This document shows positions 47,941 through 62,474 of a stretch of DNA of 64,000 nt, piece after piece. Position 1 is the stretch's first letter; each line of letters begins with the position of its first letter. The notes below the pieces were generated by a model. It worked only from the letters and a program-made list of their open reading frames with translations. It did not search any database and had not been told where the DNA came from. A program made the position numbers and the translations under genes. This DNA comes from Euglena gracilis (taxonomy: Eukaryota), in assembly GCA_039621445.1 (NCBI GenBank), contig CP154954.1, positions 4,079,437 to 4,143,436 of the forward strand, in the 5' to 3' direction.

Positions 47941-50900
47941 ACAGTGGAAAACGTGTACAAAATGGCCAAAATCGGCCGAAAAACGGCCGTATCTCGGGCA
48001 AGGCGGTGAGCTGCGATGAAACCAAAATCACAGTAGATAGAGCGTTCCAAGGGCTTCAATTTAGGTCTCTGGACATTTCCTTTGATTTTTGCATCATTTT
48101 CGAGAAATTTTGAAAACATCGATTTTTTGACCCCCCACCCCCCGAAAACGGCAAAGTCGAACAGAGGGAAAAGTATACAAAACGGCCAGCTGCGCCGAAA
48201 ACGGCCGTATCTCGGGCTAGACGGGGCGTTGTGGGGAAATCAAAAGATGGGGCGTTCCAAGGGCTTCAAATTAGGTCTCCGGACATTTCCTTTGATTTTG
48301 CTTCATTTTGGAGATATTTTGAAAATTGACATTTTTTGGCCGTCCAAAGGGGGGGGGGGCTTATCCAGGGGGGGTTGGCGAATCCTACCCAGTTTGGACC
48401 CCTTCGCGCGTGAATAACTCGGGCCTGGCGGGGAGTTGGGGGTCAAACCCAGGTGATTCGGAAACTAGGAATCCAGTCGCTCGTGACTGAAAAAAAAAAT
48501 TTCGGGAACGGGGCCGGGATCATGGTGATAATCCGCCGGTTCCCGAGGTGGCCCCGAGGGGGGGGGGGAGGGGGGGTTCGGGGGGGTTTTCCCCCAGTGG
48601 TAAGCTTCGCTCTTACCCATAAAGGGATAAGAGCTCAGCGACCCCCCCCCCCTACCACCTTACCCCCCCAGGGGGGGGGTGGTCGGGACCCCCCCCCTAC
48701 ACCTACCTCAATACCGAAGGGCTTCCCATCCATCCCTGGGGGTCGAACCCCCACCCATCCACGCCCACAAAAAAAATTGACCTCAAAATCGACGCCCTGA
48801 GCAAGATGGCCTGTGGGGGGGGGTCGACCATCCCGCCCACCCCACATTACCCATTGGGTTTCGGGGTTTCCGGATAAAACCCAGGAAGAACCACCAGCTA
48901 CACCCCTCCCTCTCATTCTTCATGTCAGTATTCTTTCTCTGCCTGAGTGTCTGCCTGTCTGTCTCATTGAGACACATGCAACACACCCGCTATGCTGGAG
49001 CAGATAATTCCAATGGAACAAACCCAGAATCATTGAGGATCATTTTTTCGAAGGAAGCATATATGTTGGCCATTCCAAATGTCCTTCCAAAAAGGATCGT
49101 GGTTTTCCCCACGTCCCACTGAGGTTGTCCTATTTTCTAGCACTCAAATAATTCAACGAAAAATACAAAGAACAAAGAAATTAGAAAGAGAATGGGAGGA
49201 GACAAAAATGGACGATAGAAAATGAGAGTGACTGGAAAAGAGCAGCAACACATGTGAACTTGTAGCAGGAAGTGTAACCTAAGTAACCTAAAGGAATGCG
49301 GCAAACATGGCCCGCACGGTGGTTATATGGCGACGGAGGCTATGTGGAATGGAAAGCATGGGAATGGCCACCCACTGGGATGGAAAGGCCAAAGCCACAT
49401 TGGCCTATTTTTAACCGTGGGTGGCTGGGTGCCAAACTGACTTGAAATACCACGAACACACACTTTTCACTGATTTGGGTGGCACAACTCGCACATTAAA
49501 TAATTTTGGTTTAATTAATTAGTTTGGTTTTCACTGATTTGGGCTGCCCTCTGGAAAGGCCCGGGGGGGCACGGGGGTCCGCAGAGCCTCATATAATCGT
49601 TTTTGGCATGGCATGGTTGGTCCACGCAGTTACGCACAATTGCCCAAGGAAGCCAGAATATGACAATAAAACAAACAGGTTCCGAAATATTCACTTCAAG
49701 AAATAGACACTTTTTGAACTGAAGTGGAATAATGTTTATTTTGTAAAAAAAAATGTTCATTAAACTGTTGTGTACGAAAATGAAAAACAATCTCAAAAAT
49801 ATGTCTTCAACGCCACCACAGAAAAATTCCCTGCACGGGCTGTGGGGTAAAAACAAGTTTCTTTTTTTTCTTTCTGAAGCAGCATGTGGGGGGTGTGGGG
49901 GTCAAATGAATTTTATTTTTTTTTGTGTGGGATGAATGGGGGGAAAATCTCTTTTCTGTTGCATTTCGGTTTTCGTCACCGTCAGCAAGAATAAAGACGG
50001 GTGAAATGAGGAGGAATAAACGGTTCATCTTCGTTCTCCAAAGATCTCGGATTTTACATTGGTGATTACATGGGTGATTAGATAGATTACATGGGTGATT
50101 TCTGGAGGGGAAAATGATGGGGGTTTATGGGAGGGAAGGAGTGTGTGTTTGGGGTGTTTGTCAAGGCATGTGCAGGCTGCAGGGGAAATGGTCCACAGCG
50201 GAGAGAAGGGCCCGGAGTCCCGGGAAGGGCCGGGAGTCTGCCCCAAATTTGCCGCGGGGATGAACCCCCTTCAGACCAGACATTCATTTAGTGTGGTTCG
50301 TAAAAGACGTGTGAACCACAATTTTTTGGGGGTGTCCACATGTGAACCACAAAGTTTTTTTGGTGTCCACAGGTGAACCACAAAAAAATTTTGGGTGTCC
50401 AGAAAAAATTTTGTTGCCCACAAAACTTGATTGAGGATCAAAAAAATCAAAATTTTACAACTAAAAGCGGATTGATCTTGAGACACCTCAGCCAGATTGT
50501 GGACCTTGGCTCCGGCCCAATCCGTAAAGTGTGGCAGCGAATCACACCACCAGGCTTGTATGGGAATCTCGGGGGAGGGGGGGTGGGTGGGAGGACTCCC
50601 CTCCAACCTCCAGTTTTCGGTCGCAAAGGGGTGTAGGGGTATGGGAGGGGGTCGCTGACCATTTAACCTTTCAAAAATTACTGTAAGTAACCGTAAATTG
50701 CAGGTGTGGAATTTGTAAATAATAATTTATGGGAAATTTGCAATGCTAGTCTTTCCGGCCGTCCATTACGTGCAAGTCCCATCAAGAGCTCAACACCATT
50801 CAAAACCTGGTCCAGTTCAGACAGACCCCATCAGGTACCGCCCCAACCAACACTGGCATTAGATTCTTCGGGTGTGCACAACTCCAGTGTCACACCCTCT

Positions 50901-53900
50901 TCCCAACAACCAGGATTTTCAGGTCCAGGTCCATTTCCAAACGGAGATTGAAGACCTCTGGTAGGTGGTTAACCAAGTGCACGTCGCGGACCACGCCCAC
51001 CAGCGGCACTAGGCCTATGGTAAATCCTCAAAAGCCCCTGCCGTTCGTCCCCTGGATTTCGCAGCAGTCACGTTACACAATTGCAGATGATGGCGTTCTG
51101 GCAGCTACCAGGCTGCCAACAACCCCCGGGGGTCGTCGGTACGTTATCCTCTACGACTGGGTCGCCAGAATGGGGGGGGGTGGACATGTTTCAGGTCCAT
51201 GGAAAACTGGCATCATCACAAATGCAAAAATGCAGCAACAAGAGCAACAAAAGCCGGTATTTTGATCCAGTTAACAGGAATATCACAGATGCGCAACTTT
51301 GAATTCCGGAACTCGTTGTTTTTCAAAATACAATTCACGCGCACATTTGCACACCAACCACTGTGAATACTGGATTATTGCAAACTATTGCATAATGAAG
51401 AAATTCCGGTCTCAGATAATGCATCCTGTTCGGTAAATTACGTACTGTGACAAAAAATTTGTCTCTACACCATGCGCAATTTTGTATGACTTAAATTCCC
51501 ACCCATCAGAATCCGATTTTTTTTCAGAATGGCTATTCGTCAAAACGGCGAAAAAATCACTTCGCCATCGGTGAAAACGGCGAAACAGCTTTTTTTTGCT
51601 GTCGGAAAAACGGCGAAAAAGCAAAATGTGAGAAAAATGGCAAAAAGCCGAAAAGCCGAAATGAAACACATACGGGTGGGAACATAATCTCTGAAGGCCG
51701 ATCATTTTTGTGTCGGTTTACATAAACTGTGAAAATGATGAAAAAATCAGTATTGCATTTGCATACAACCGTTCCTCGTCGCACATTGCTCACTGTTCCC
51801 ATTCACAAACCTGAAACAAGTTGACCAGCAGAACAGTCAAAATGCCAATTTTGGACTCTGATGAGCAAATTTTTTTATTGTTTTTTGACCCCAAAAATGA
51901 CCCCCCCAAAAAAGCACATTTCACAGCGATTCCGAAAAAACACACAGGAACAGAGAAAATTTATTTCGGGTTTCTCACCACATCCGCCTCCCCCCCCCCC
52001 AACTCCTCCCCACAACCCCCCCCCCACACCCCCGCCCCCACTAAGGCTAGTGGGGGCGTCAATTTTTGCAGTGTTAAAGCGGGTATCGCGTTTTCCCAGA
52101 TGCGGGAAGTGATTTTAGCAGAAAAACGCTGTGAACATTTGCACATAACTGCAAAATAAAATTCCGTTGCGCCGCCTAAGACCGGACCTGGGGGTGTTAC
52201 TTCCTCTTTTTCAACAACGAGTCTGTCACTTGTTTTTTAGAGAAAGGAATCAGTCATCCCTCCAGGGGGTCGGTCACTCTGGGTTTAAGCACTCCAAATT
52301 CAATAAAAAAAACGAAAAAAATGGACAAATTTTTCCCGGGTCATTTTAACGCTTTTTGCTGAACCCCAAAACCTTTGGGCCAAAAACCAAATACACATCC
52401 TGGGGGGTCACATTGCACAATGAGGTCGAAATGTTGCCCCAAGGCGGTTGTGGGTCAAGTGTACAATCACAACTTTAGTGGGACATTATTATGTCCAATC
52501 TTTTTGAGCATCCCTTATTGAATTATCCATCGCCCAGCCAATGTCTTTGGCGACAAAACTTTCGGATAACACAAAAATTTCACTTCACGTTCCATTCTCA
52601 GGCCGAGAGGAAGATGCTGGGATGTGTCGTCAGCATATGGCACGGGGTCCGTTGGCGCAGTCCCTGGAATCAATGTGATAAAATCTTTGAAAATTGTTTT
52701 CCTAGCAAGCCTGAAAATAATACTGAATGAATCGACTTCAAATTCCTGTTTGAGAAAAAAATATATATAAAAAAAAAACTGCGAAGAGCTGTCGCTAAAC
52801 AGCAGGCAAAGGAACGTGCATAACGGCATACCAACTTCAACATACATTAAAAGAACAAATGTCCTAACGACCATGCAACTGGGCGTAAAAAAAATGGAAA
52901 AGAATGGAAAAGAGCTGGCCAAACTTCTTTTGGGGTGGGGGTTGTGGGTGGCTGGGCCACAATAGAACCGAGTTTACAAAAATGATCTCATTATTTCCTC
53001 AAATGCAAGGAATATTGACAGTTACTTGGCATTAATAATTTTCTTATTGAAGAATTTTCTTGGCATCAAACCAGGGACAGTTGAAAGAATAGGGGTCATG
53101 AACGAAAGAAAGGGTTGTGGTTGGCAGAAGCCTGGCATGGGCACCGAGGCCATGGGGAGCAGTTGGAGACTGGCTATCAGCGGCAGGCCGCTTCGCTTGT
53201 CCATCCTGCAATTGCTCCATTCACACCTTGTTATCCGACAGTCTGCATCCCATCATCCTTTAAAAAAAATAATCAATTTGAAAGAAACAAAAAAAACTTC
53301 AACTTCATATTGCACAACAGGCGGTTCAAATCCTTCCCACCACCACATCCAACGTTAACGACAGTGGTTTGCAGTCCAAAGTCCAGGGTCGTACGACATG
53401 CGGGTGACAGAGGGGGGGAATGAAATGCTAGTGTTGAATGCACTCTGCTAACGGAATATGCGAGAGAATGAAAGCAATGACAACAAAAGACACCATTTGA
53501 GTGTGGGTTTTCCACCCACCATCAAATATGAAAAGAAATTCAGCAACGTGACACAAAGAGATCGAAAAAGCGTTTCGGGGCAGCAATAAAATAACATCTT
53601 TAATTCAGGGCTGCCTAAGGATAACTTTGGGAATCCCAACAAATGAAAGAAATACTTCTGCGCGCAGGCACACACACACACATAGAGAGAGAGGGGGGGG
53701 GGCGGGATAGATTCCCAGGGGACACTGTACGATTCAGGACACCATTGCTGCAGAAGCAAACCTGGTGTTTTTGTAATTCCGTGGGGCAGCCCTCGTCAGA
53801 GGGTTCTGCTGTGAAATGGGGGGGAATCTCCAGAAGGGGGGCTATCTGTGGCGTGGCATACAATTCGGCAGTCGCATCTGTTTGGCACACACAATTGCAC

Positions 53901-56900
53901 TGTCGTAACAAAGCCTGAGACCTGATTGAGAGCCTGAAAAAAATATTCAAAAAAAAGCTGAAAAAAACTTGTCAGTACGCAAGCAAAGAAGGCAAGGTTT
54001 GACCTTGACTGAAAACGGTCCTTGACAAATTCACTCCTCCAACAATATTGTAAATAACTAATTGATATGAAAATATTATTATAAAAATTTTAATATAAAA
54101 CATCTGCGCACTACACATTACTGTATGCTCCCGGAAGCGTAAGAGAAAACCAGTTATTTCTCCATTGCCTTTCTATTTCTCAAATTAAGAATCCCTTCCA
54201 TTTCTTCAACAATTCCAGTATCGGCAGTTGTGTGGTTTTCATGATAAGGCGGAGTCGGAGGCAATCGATGGAGCGGCACGACCACCGTGGAGGCATGGGT
54301 GGTGCGGTCACCACTGGGGTGAGTGGAGGGCTCCTGCCGAATGGACCGTGGGTCCCAACACTGCTGTCTGAGCTTGCGGGGCTGGAGGGAGTGGGGTGTG
54401 CAAGGCGAGGACAGGGTCATTCTGCTCCCAATGTCTGGAATAACCGCCTGCTTCTGACACAAGACAATTGCTATTAATATTATGAAGTATTATTGTCCCA
54501 ACACTCTTGGCAAGAACTCAAACAGTCTGACATCGAGCAAATCTAGGAGGGAAGAATGCCAACGGGGGGGGGGGACCCTAAACCTGTTCCTAACCAATCC
54601 CCTGCCCTTTCGAGAATAAACATTCTGTGCAATTCATACAGAACTGTTATAAAAGGCTGCTGTCCAGAAATATACAAAGAACTCTTAGACCTGAAAATTG
54701 CAACCGTAACACTATCCTTCAATAAACCTGAGACCACCTTGGGGGGCACAAACTTCACCCTGCCACATAATTATGAATTAACTTCACCATTCATCACCAC
54801 CATGCCCGCCCCTTCCAAATATCCCCAAATAATGGACCCTGGCCAGGGACTTTGTTTGCCAAATTTTATTCCCCCACACCCCTGACAGGGAAGCAAAAAC
54901 AAAAAAAAAACGGGGAAAACATCAATCTTCTTTAAAGAAACAAAAAAACATATAAGACAACAAACATATTTTGGAAAATTTTACTGGACCAACAAATATG
55001 CGGAAATATCGAAAAAAATGAAATTAATATCAAAAGGTGCGGATAATCAATATTTTCGACTTTTTTTTTTTGATCAAATAATGAACCTCCCAAAGTGTGC
55101 GCCCCCTGTCCCCCGACTTTGGACGCCCAAACTATTTATTGTTCGCACATATACCACACACACACACACACAACGAGAAAGGAGGGAGAAAGAGAGAGAG
55201 AGAGAGGGAGGGAGGGATATCCTCATAACCACTCTGTTACATTACAGGAGAACCCTGCACTGCAATGGGAAACATCAGGCAGGGAATGAAGCCCGGGGCT
55301 GACGGACATGAAAACAGCTGTCGGTGGGGATGTCCCATTGTCCTTGAAGAGCCCTTGCTTTTTTGGAACAATAAAATGGGGATGACTCATGGAACGTTTC
55401 ACACTTTGTTGTAATGAATTCTTGCCCGGCCAAATGCTACAAAAATACACAAAGAAACCAAGAACGAGACACGTTATTAGGACCACCCAAAAATAGGGGG
55501 AAGGCAATTTTTTTCGTCACACAACGGCGGCATATCAAAAAGTTGCATAAATGCTCAATCACACACATTCGGTTCAATCGAACTGGGTCAAACCAGGAGC
55601 CCTGTATGGCATAAAAAATCAAAAAAAACGAACGTAATTAAATACACCTAAATACACCGTACCAACTATCTGCAAAAGTTCTGCCAACTTGGACGGCCAA
55701 CTGGTGGTGATGGGATTGCAAGAGCTTCAGCAGCCCCAGGCCACTGTGCATATGTGGTCCCTTACATGGCTCCTGATAGTTCCACGGTTCATTCTGAATT
55801 TGGTGCTCCAGCCATGGTCGGCGCTAGCCAACAAATAATCAAGGAGGGTATGCCAACACAAAACAATCATGCTTTAAAACCACACAATGATGCTTGTGAC
55901 ATTCTTGTTCATTTATTTTTTGGCCATCAGAGCCTTGGAATTTGTCTGAGAATGAGAATGTACCATGCTATCTACTTTTTAAGCACAGAATATTTTGAAT
56001 AATAATAATATTGTTTGGTTGGAGTCATACATCAATATTCCATTTTACACTATAATTTTCAGATGTTTTTCAAAGTGGTTTTTGTTTTGCGAAAAATATG
56101 CATCTGTTTTGTCACATTACATCACATATTATTGCTTGTGTTCACTTTCCGTTGCACATCTCCAGCTTTTGAAGTGCAATGCGATATTTACCGCTTCCTG
56201 TTTCTGTGTTTTTCTGTTTTCCCCTCTTTGCAGGGGGCTTTGTGTTCTTTCCACGCCGACGACAGCAGAAACCAGGTGTGAATCTGAACTCTCCTTTTGC
56301 TTTTGTATTTTCCCTACCGATATCGTTCATTTTCATACAATTTGAAAAATAAATGGGTCATTTCCGGTGCATTTTCGACTTTATAGGACTTTGTTACTGC
56401 AAACCAAACGTTCATTGAAATTGGCCGAAATCGGGACCTCTTAAAATAACTTAAAAAAAAACGGCCCCTTTTTGGAAGCGGATTTCCGCTTCCTCTGCTG
56501 TTTACAGAGCGTCAGAAATTTTGGGCAATTTACGCCGCCTAAATCAATAAACTGGCTGGAAAAAAACCCAAGGCAGATGGCTTTGGGCTTTTTTGTCTCC
56601 TTTCGGGTGCAGACCGGTCCAGACCGGCATCTGATTTAGACCCATCGCCCTGGACCCCCACCCTCCAGGGAGTCCAGCCAGCACTGTTTTTCCAGCTTCA
56701 ACAACAACAAACCCAACTGTCAAATTTTCATGAATATAATTTCTGGAAAAAAGATTTGAAGGAAGGATTTATCCCCAGAGTTCAATTTTAGCCCATTTTG
56801 CCAATTTGCCATTTTACCACGGTGAGTCATTTTTTCCAACAACTTTCAAAGAATTTTGGCAAATTGAATTTGAAAACAAATTAACCCATCCTTCAAAACT

Positions 56901-59900
56901 TGTTGTTTTTTTGGTCCATCTGAGCAAGCCATCTTGGTGTCCGTGTGTTCCCACTCTATTACCACTCTATTACCACCAAGAAATGGCTTCAACCAGCACT
57001 GTCTTGATGGTTTACAAATCACAGGCATATTGTATGTAAGACAATCCCTGCTTCAAGCACAAAACAAATGCTTTTCTACGTGACCGTGAGACAAATTCAG
57101 TTTTGTTGGCCACATCTCCTTTTTTTGGCTTTCTGAACGTCAGAATGGAAGAAAACAGAGACCCAAATAGCTGCATTCTTTTTCAATCATGTTTTTATCT
57201 TTGCATTCTCCTCACAGCATCTTCTTGACACTTGACACATTTTCTGCACCGCCCTGTAACAGAGGCTCTTCCTGATCAACAATGCCATCATTTTAAATTC
57301 ATCGATATTCAGCAATACTTTTTAGATATACAGCACTACTGTTTCAAACACCAGCAGGCTTATTCCCTTCACAAGATTCACTTGCAGTGTCAACAAGAAA
57401 TCAGAGAATGGGGAGTGGGATAAGGAACAGGGCAGAAAAACTTCACACTCACTAGCAACAAATTAGATGAATTTTTTCATATTTGGTGGTGGGGACGCTT
57501 CAGCAATGCGTGTGACACATGTTTCGTGCACCGCATGGTGCCGCAAATGCACCACGAGCGGCACTCCATGCCACCATACTGCAACCACCGCAAGCAAAAA
57601 TCAAAAAAAGGTCAAAAGAAATGGCTGAAAAAAAAAGGTTCAAATTTGAATTATTGTTGAAATTGCAAAACAATGACCAAAAAAATGACCAACAGTAGCA
57701 TCATAAATGGTTCAAAAAAGCAAAAAAGCCAAAATTTGGCAACAAACAACCAAAGATGAAAAAAGAGTTTAAAAACGGCCAAAGGTGCCAAAATGAAAAA
57801 TAATTCAACAAATGCTGGAAATGAGTGAACCTTCCAACACTGTGCAGACACAATGACGCGGTGCACGCGGTGCCGCACGAGGTGCGCGTGGTGTGGCAGC
57901 GTCTGAGACCACACCACCTGGTTCGGCACGGCCCTCCAGGCGGGCACCCAATTCCTCAACATCCACTCCGTGTCTCTGGCTTCTCTGGCTTCCGGCTGCC
58001 GCTGAAATTCTGTGCTGTCTCTGGCAGGTCCCCACATACAAGATTCTGAAGGAACCTGCTTTCATCCATCGGTCCACCCACTCATGCACCTCGAATGACG
58101 ACGGCAGAGCGTGCTGTCCAGCAAATTGAGATGTCTTTTGGATGAGGCGCAATTTTGTCACCCTCTCTCCTCAGTCTTTGACACCCCATCCACCAGCTCA
58201 TCATCGCTGCCATCGGACAGGACGTCCACGTCCGCCGAGGAAGGGGACGGATCCTATAAACCCTGGGGGGTCTATAAGTGGGTGGGGTTTAATTGTGGAC
58301 TTGTCACCAAAACAAAAAAATAAACATCTCAGGTTGCTTCAAAACTGGATCAAAAAAATGCAAAAAACTGCACGTGTGCAGTTTTTTTCAGAAAAAAATC
58401 TGCAAAAAACTGCAAAAAAACTGCAAAAAAACTGCAAAAAACCCAAAACGTGAAAACTGCAAAAAACTGCAAAAAAAACTGCACGGTGCATATTTTCCAC
58501 CCCCCTGGGGCGTCTCCCCCCGCCCTGGTCATAATCCCACCTACGGCGATCTGAAAATCGGCCCTGGTTGACTCCAGTCTGCCCTGGTCGGGTCGACTAG
58601 GCCAATGGTGCCCCCAACCAGCTTCACCTCAACGACGACAACAATTTGGGCTGGCTGGAAAAAGGCTGCAGGCTGAAGGTCCTGGGCTGGAGCTGAGCCT
58701 GGACAACTTTTTTCCGACCCATTTTAGCCTACTTCCGTACATCTAAAAGTCCGTTAACGTTTCATTGATGGGGGGAACGAGGTCCGGGGCTGGAAAAAGG
58801 CTGCAAGGAAAAGGCTGCTGGCTGGCTGGACCCTTCGGGGGGTCAAACTTTATTAAGCAACGCCCTGAACTGAATTGTGATGAAACACAACTGCCAAAAT
58901 AATTAAAATTTATCATAATACCAAAAACAGAATTCGAAAAATTGAAAAGCCAGAATACACAAATCAAAAAAATGCTTTTGAAGCAACAACGATGCTCCCC
59001 CCAACAGGAGCTCCCCCCGAGCAGCCCCCCCCGTCCGAGCTATTCCCACAGTGGGGTCGGGAATAGCTCACTGTTATAGCACTTTTCAAGAAGAGAAAAT
59101 TTCCAGGGTAAAAAAAGATATGAAACTGAAAAAAAATGCTTATTGTTGACCTGAGTATCTGTATGTATTTCTGCAAATCACTCTCTGGTGGAAGCACTTG
59201 ACAATGGCGTGCAGCAGACCCATGCAAAAACACGGTCGCCGAGTCTGCGTACTATTTTGCTGCATATTACCAAATTGTATGCAATCCAATGCAACCATAA
59301 AAAGCATACCCATCCAGGGAAGGCTGATACCACCCCAACCTTCGGCTAAACACGGCAATCGCCTGCACGCCGCCCGAGCCGCTCTGGAGCCCGTCCACTC
59401 AACCCGCACATCGGCACCGCAGGGCAGCGACAGAGAGGAGAGCATTTTGTTGAAAGTATGGCTAACCTGGGAAAAGGAGGGGGTGGGGGCGGATGGAACG
59501 TTGCAAATGCTGTCTAAGTCTGGGATGAGGTTAAATGCTCTCTTCTTGTGTTCGTGTTGGCTACAATAGACCAAGGGGCAAACTTCAGGACAGCGATGTA
59601 GACGCCATGGTCTTTAGGGGGCCAACGAGCCACCTAAATGAAAATAGCAAAAAAAAAAAAAGCAAAGCTAATGGCAAAACAACTGAATCAGGGGATGATA
59701 AATGAACACCCGGGGGGTTCAGCCAAGAGGCTGGAACAGTGTTCAAAATTGACCTTTTTTGGAAAGTTTCAAACATCACTTTTTGGCAAATGTGCTTGAA
59801 ATTGACCTTTTTTTTTGCGAAAATCCAAAAAAAATTGACAAAAATAACCCCTTTTGGGCTTTCCTGCATCAGAGATGGGGACAGCTTGGGGGGGCAGCCC

Positions 59901-60024
59901 CCCCCCCCCTGAGCTGCTCATCCCCCTGTTCCCATTCGGACGTAAAAAGTCTCAGGGACAGGACGCAAATATTGCTGGTGTCTTTGGGTGATTGGTGTGT
60001 GCAAATGCTGCAAACCAGCCATTA

Positions 60025-60236
60025 CCCCCCCCCTAGTCGTACGACCGGGTTCCTGCAACCTGTGACCGGGGGGGGGGGGGGTCGTAACACCCCCATAACC
60101 TGCAACCTGTGACCGGGGGGTGGTCGTAAATGCGGGGGCGGTCATAGGTGAAGTGGTGTTAAAATTTTCGTAACCTGCAACCTGTGACCGGGGGGTGGTC
60201 GTAAATGAGGGGTGGTCGTACGACTAGGGGGGGGGG
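60025..60236. mobile_element. TA-TSD MITE
   Basis: ta|ccccccccctagtcgtacgacc ... ggtcgtacgactagggggggggg|ta; absent from the inverted paralogue near 18165. Confidence 0.9.
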
Positions 60237-62104
60237 TACCATATGCGAACACGGTGCATTTTCGGACAATGATTTGCACCTTGCTCTTCAAGGACACACA
60301 AAAAAAAAACAAGGACATTTTTTTGCAATTTTTTTCTTCAAAAAAGCAATCAAATAAACACCAAAATGCTGCAACAAAAGAACACGTGACGCGAATTTGA
60401 AAAATGATATTGTTGGTTTGCCCAATTGCATTCTTATGCAATCACTGCTGATGGAATTGATCTAAAAATATGTTTTATGCAACTTCATTTTGTCGCGTGA
60501 ACAAAAAAAAGTCGAAAAAAGATGCAAAAATTAAATTATTACGATTTTGGACTCTGCAAAAAAAATGTAAACCATCGCAGTGTAAAAATTTGCATTCCCC
60601 CTTGTCAAAATTGCAGTGTTTTCTGCACGTAACCTCCCCCCCCACCCGGCGCTTTGCCTGGGCACAAATGAAGGGAGGGCCAGGGATGAACCTTAAGCGG
60701 CCAAATCTGTATTGTTAAGGATTTTGTTGGGCCTTGCGCAAATAAGGCAGAATGTTAAAATACGGGTCCAAGGTGACAAGAGGGAGGCGTGCATGTAAGG
60801 AGGAGAGGGACAAAAAGCCTTGGGGGGTGCTTCAGGGGAGAGACACCTCACCTGAACCAACACGAAAACACCTCCCTGTTCAAAACACAGCAAGGTTTTG
60901 GGTGTTCCTGACAGGGGCAACCAATGACACGTTCTGTCTTAGAAAGGAATGCCTGTCCCTTGGAAAATACCTGCTGTGATTGCAAAATGCCCAAAAAATA
61001 TACGCAGTTCAGTCACCTATATTTTGTTTCCGAAAAAAGGCTTGGGTGATTTAAATTTGGGGGTTGCCCAAATTTAAAGAATGCTTCTTTCAGCCGTTCC
61101 AATGCAATTTTCATGAAAATTATCTTCATAGCATCAGGCCAGGGGTTCCTTCTGTTTGGGGTTTGCTTGGATTTGGGTGTCGGGCCAAAATATAGTTCGA
61201 AATGTTGCTGAAACTTGGGGGTTACTCACAAAATGGTTGATTACATTGGGTGGCTATTTTTTTTTCATGGGGCTTGCTGTGGTGTTTCCTGTCTTATTGA
61301 TCTCGTCTAGCTGGCCCTGTCCACCTGCAGCCCCCTCCCTCCTGGCCAGACATTATTATTTTTAAGGCGCCATAAAAACCTAAAATGCCTTAAAAAGCGC
61401 CTGAAAATATGTTGCCAAAATACCTTTAAATTCTTGAAAATATCTGAAAATACCTGAAAAAGCGCAAAATCTCGCCAAAAACGAGCCAAATCTTGGAAGA
61501 AAAAATATTTCTGGCATCGCTGGAACATTACTGTCCTAAAACTCAAAAAAAAGTGTTTTTTACGTTTTGATTTTGGGGAACATTCAAAATCAAAAACATT
61601 GGTTCGATAACCCTTGGACCACCCTGGAAAACAACACCTTAAAATGCCATAAAAAATCTTCAAAAAAAATGTCTTAAAATGCCTCAAAACTTCGAAAAAA
61701 AATACACAATAATAATAATACCTGCTCATGGCAAAGAGCAAAAGAAAGCGACGTGCGAACGGTTGTCTTGCACGGCTTTCCACACGGGGTCAGTCCAGGG
61801 GAGGGAAGGCCCGGCGCGCTGGAGGTGCAGTCAGCGCTGGCGGTGCAGACCGGAGGGGGGAGCGTATCGGCCAATGGCAGAGGCACGACGGTGGAAGGAA
61901 GAGACTGCCAGGGTGGGCTGGCGGCACCAGCCCACAATAGGATGCAACAAACGAGCCGCAGTATCACCATTTTTATTGGAAAATAATCAAACACAAGGTT
62001 TCGCTGTCTTAGGCCGCCTAACTCGCACATGGCTTTGAAAATGATTGTAACTTTGCATTCATTTGGGTCTACCGCAAAAATAGAATCCTGCCCTGGAGGT
62101 TACC

Positions 62105-62310
62105 TGCCGGAGGCTCCAGGGAGGCTCCAGGGAGGCTCCGGGGAGGCTCCAGGGAGGCTCCATGGAGGCTCCAGGGAGGCTCCAGGGAGGCTCAGATAAC
62201 CAGCCTCCAGGGAGGCTCCCTTTTAGGGAGCCTCCGGGAGGCTCCAGGGCGGCTCAGATAACCAGCCTCCAGGGAGCCTCCATAGAGGCTCCAGGGAGGT
62301 TCGGGTAACC
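62105..62310. repeat. (ggaggctccag)n 11-bp minisatellite
   Basis: Directly visible; bounded by gaggttacc / ggtaacctg, possibly weak TIRs. Confidence 0.85.
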
Positions 62311-62474
62311 TGTTTTGTGCACAGGACGACAGTGGGACAGGTGGTGTGCCGTGATGCAATCTGTGGTGTTGTAGACTCAGAATGCATGAATCAGCAGTTG
62401 CTCGCCGGGGATGTGGCAAGGATAATGGGATAATGCAGGCACAGCGAGGCACAAGAAGAAGAGATGTGAAACAT

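Larger units (their letters stand above)
43488..48738. mobile_element. 5.25-kb composite hAT-type element with CAG...CTG ends
   Basis: Perfect 19-bp TIRs cagggatggatgggaagcc / ggcttcccatccatccctg; TSD ggggtcgg/ggggtcga (7/8). Confidence 0.85.

Noticed and set aside
50290-50410. ~31-bp repeats (gtgaaccaca...gtgtcca) as a mini-CRISPR
   Set aside because: Three adjacent diverged units with no spacers; more like subterminal repeats.
50700-51300. Possible gene fragment
   Set aside because: No consistent open frame or known motif; it shares a ~33-bp piece with the 43488-48738 element (43924-43957, inverted), so it is probably transposon interior.
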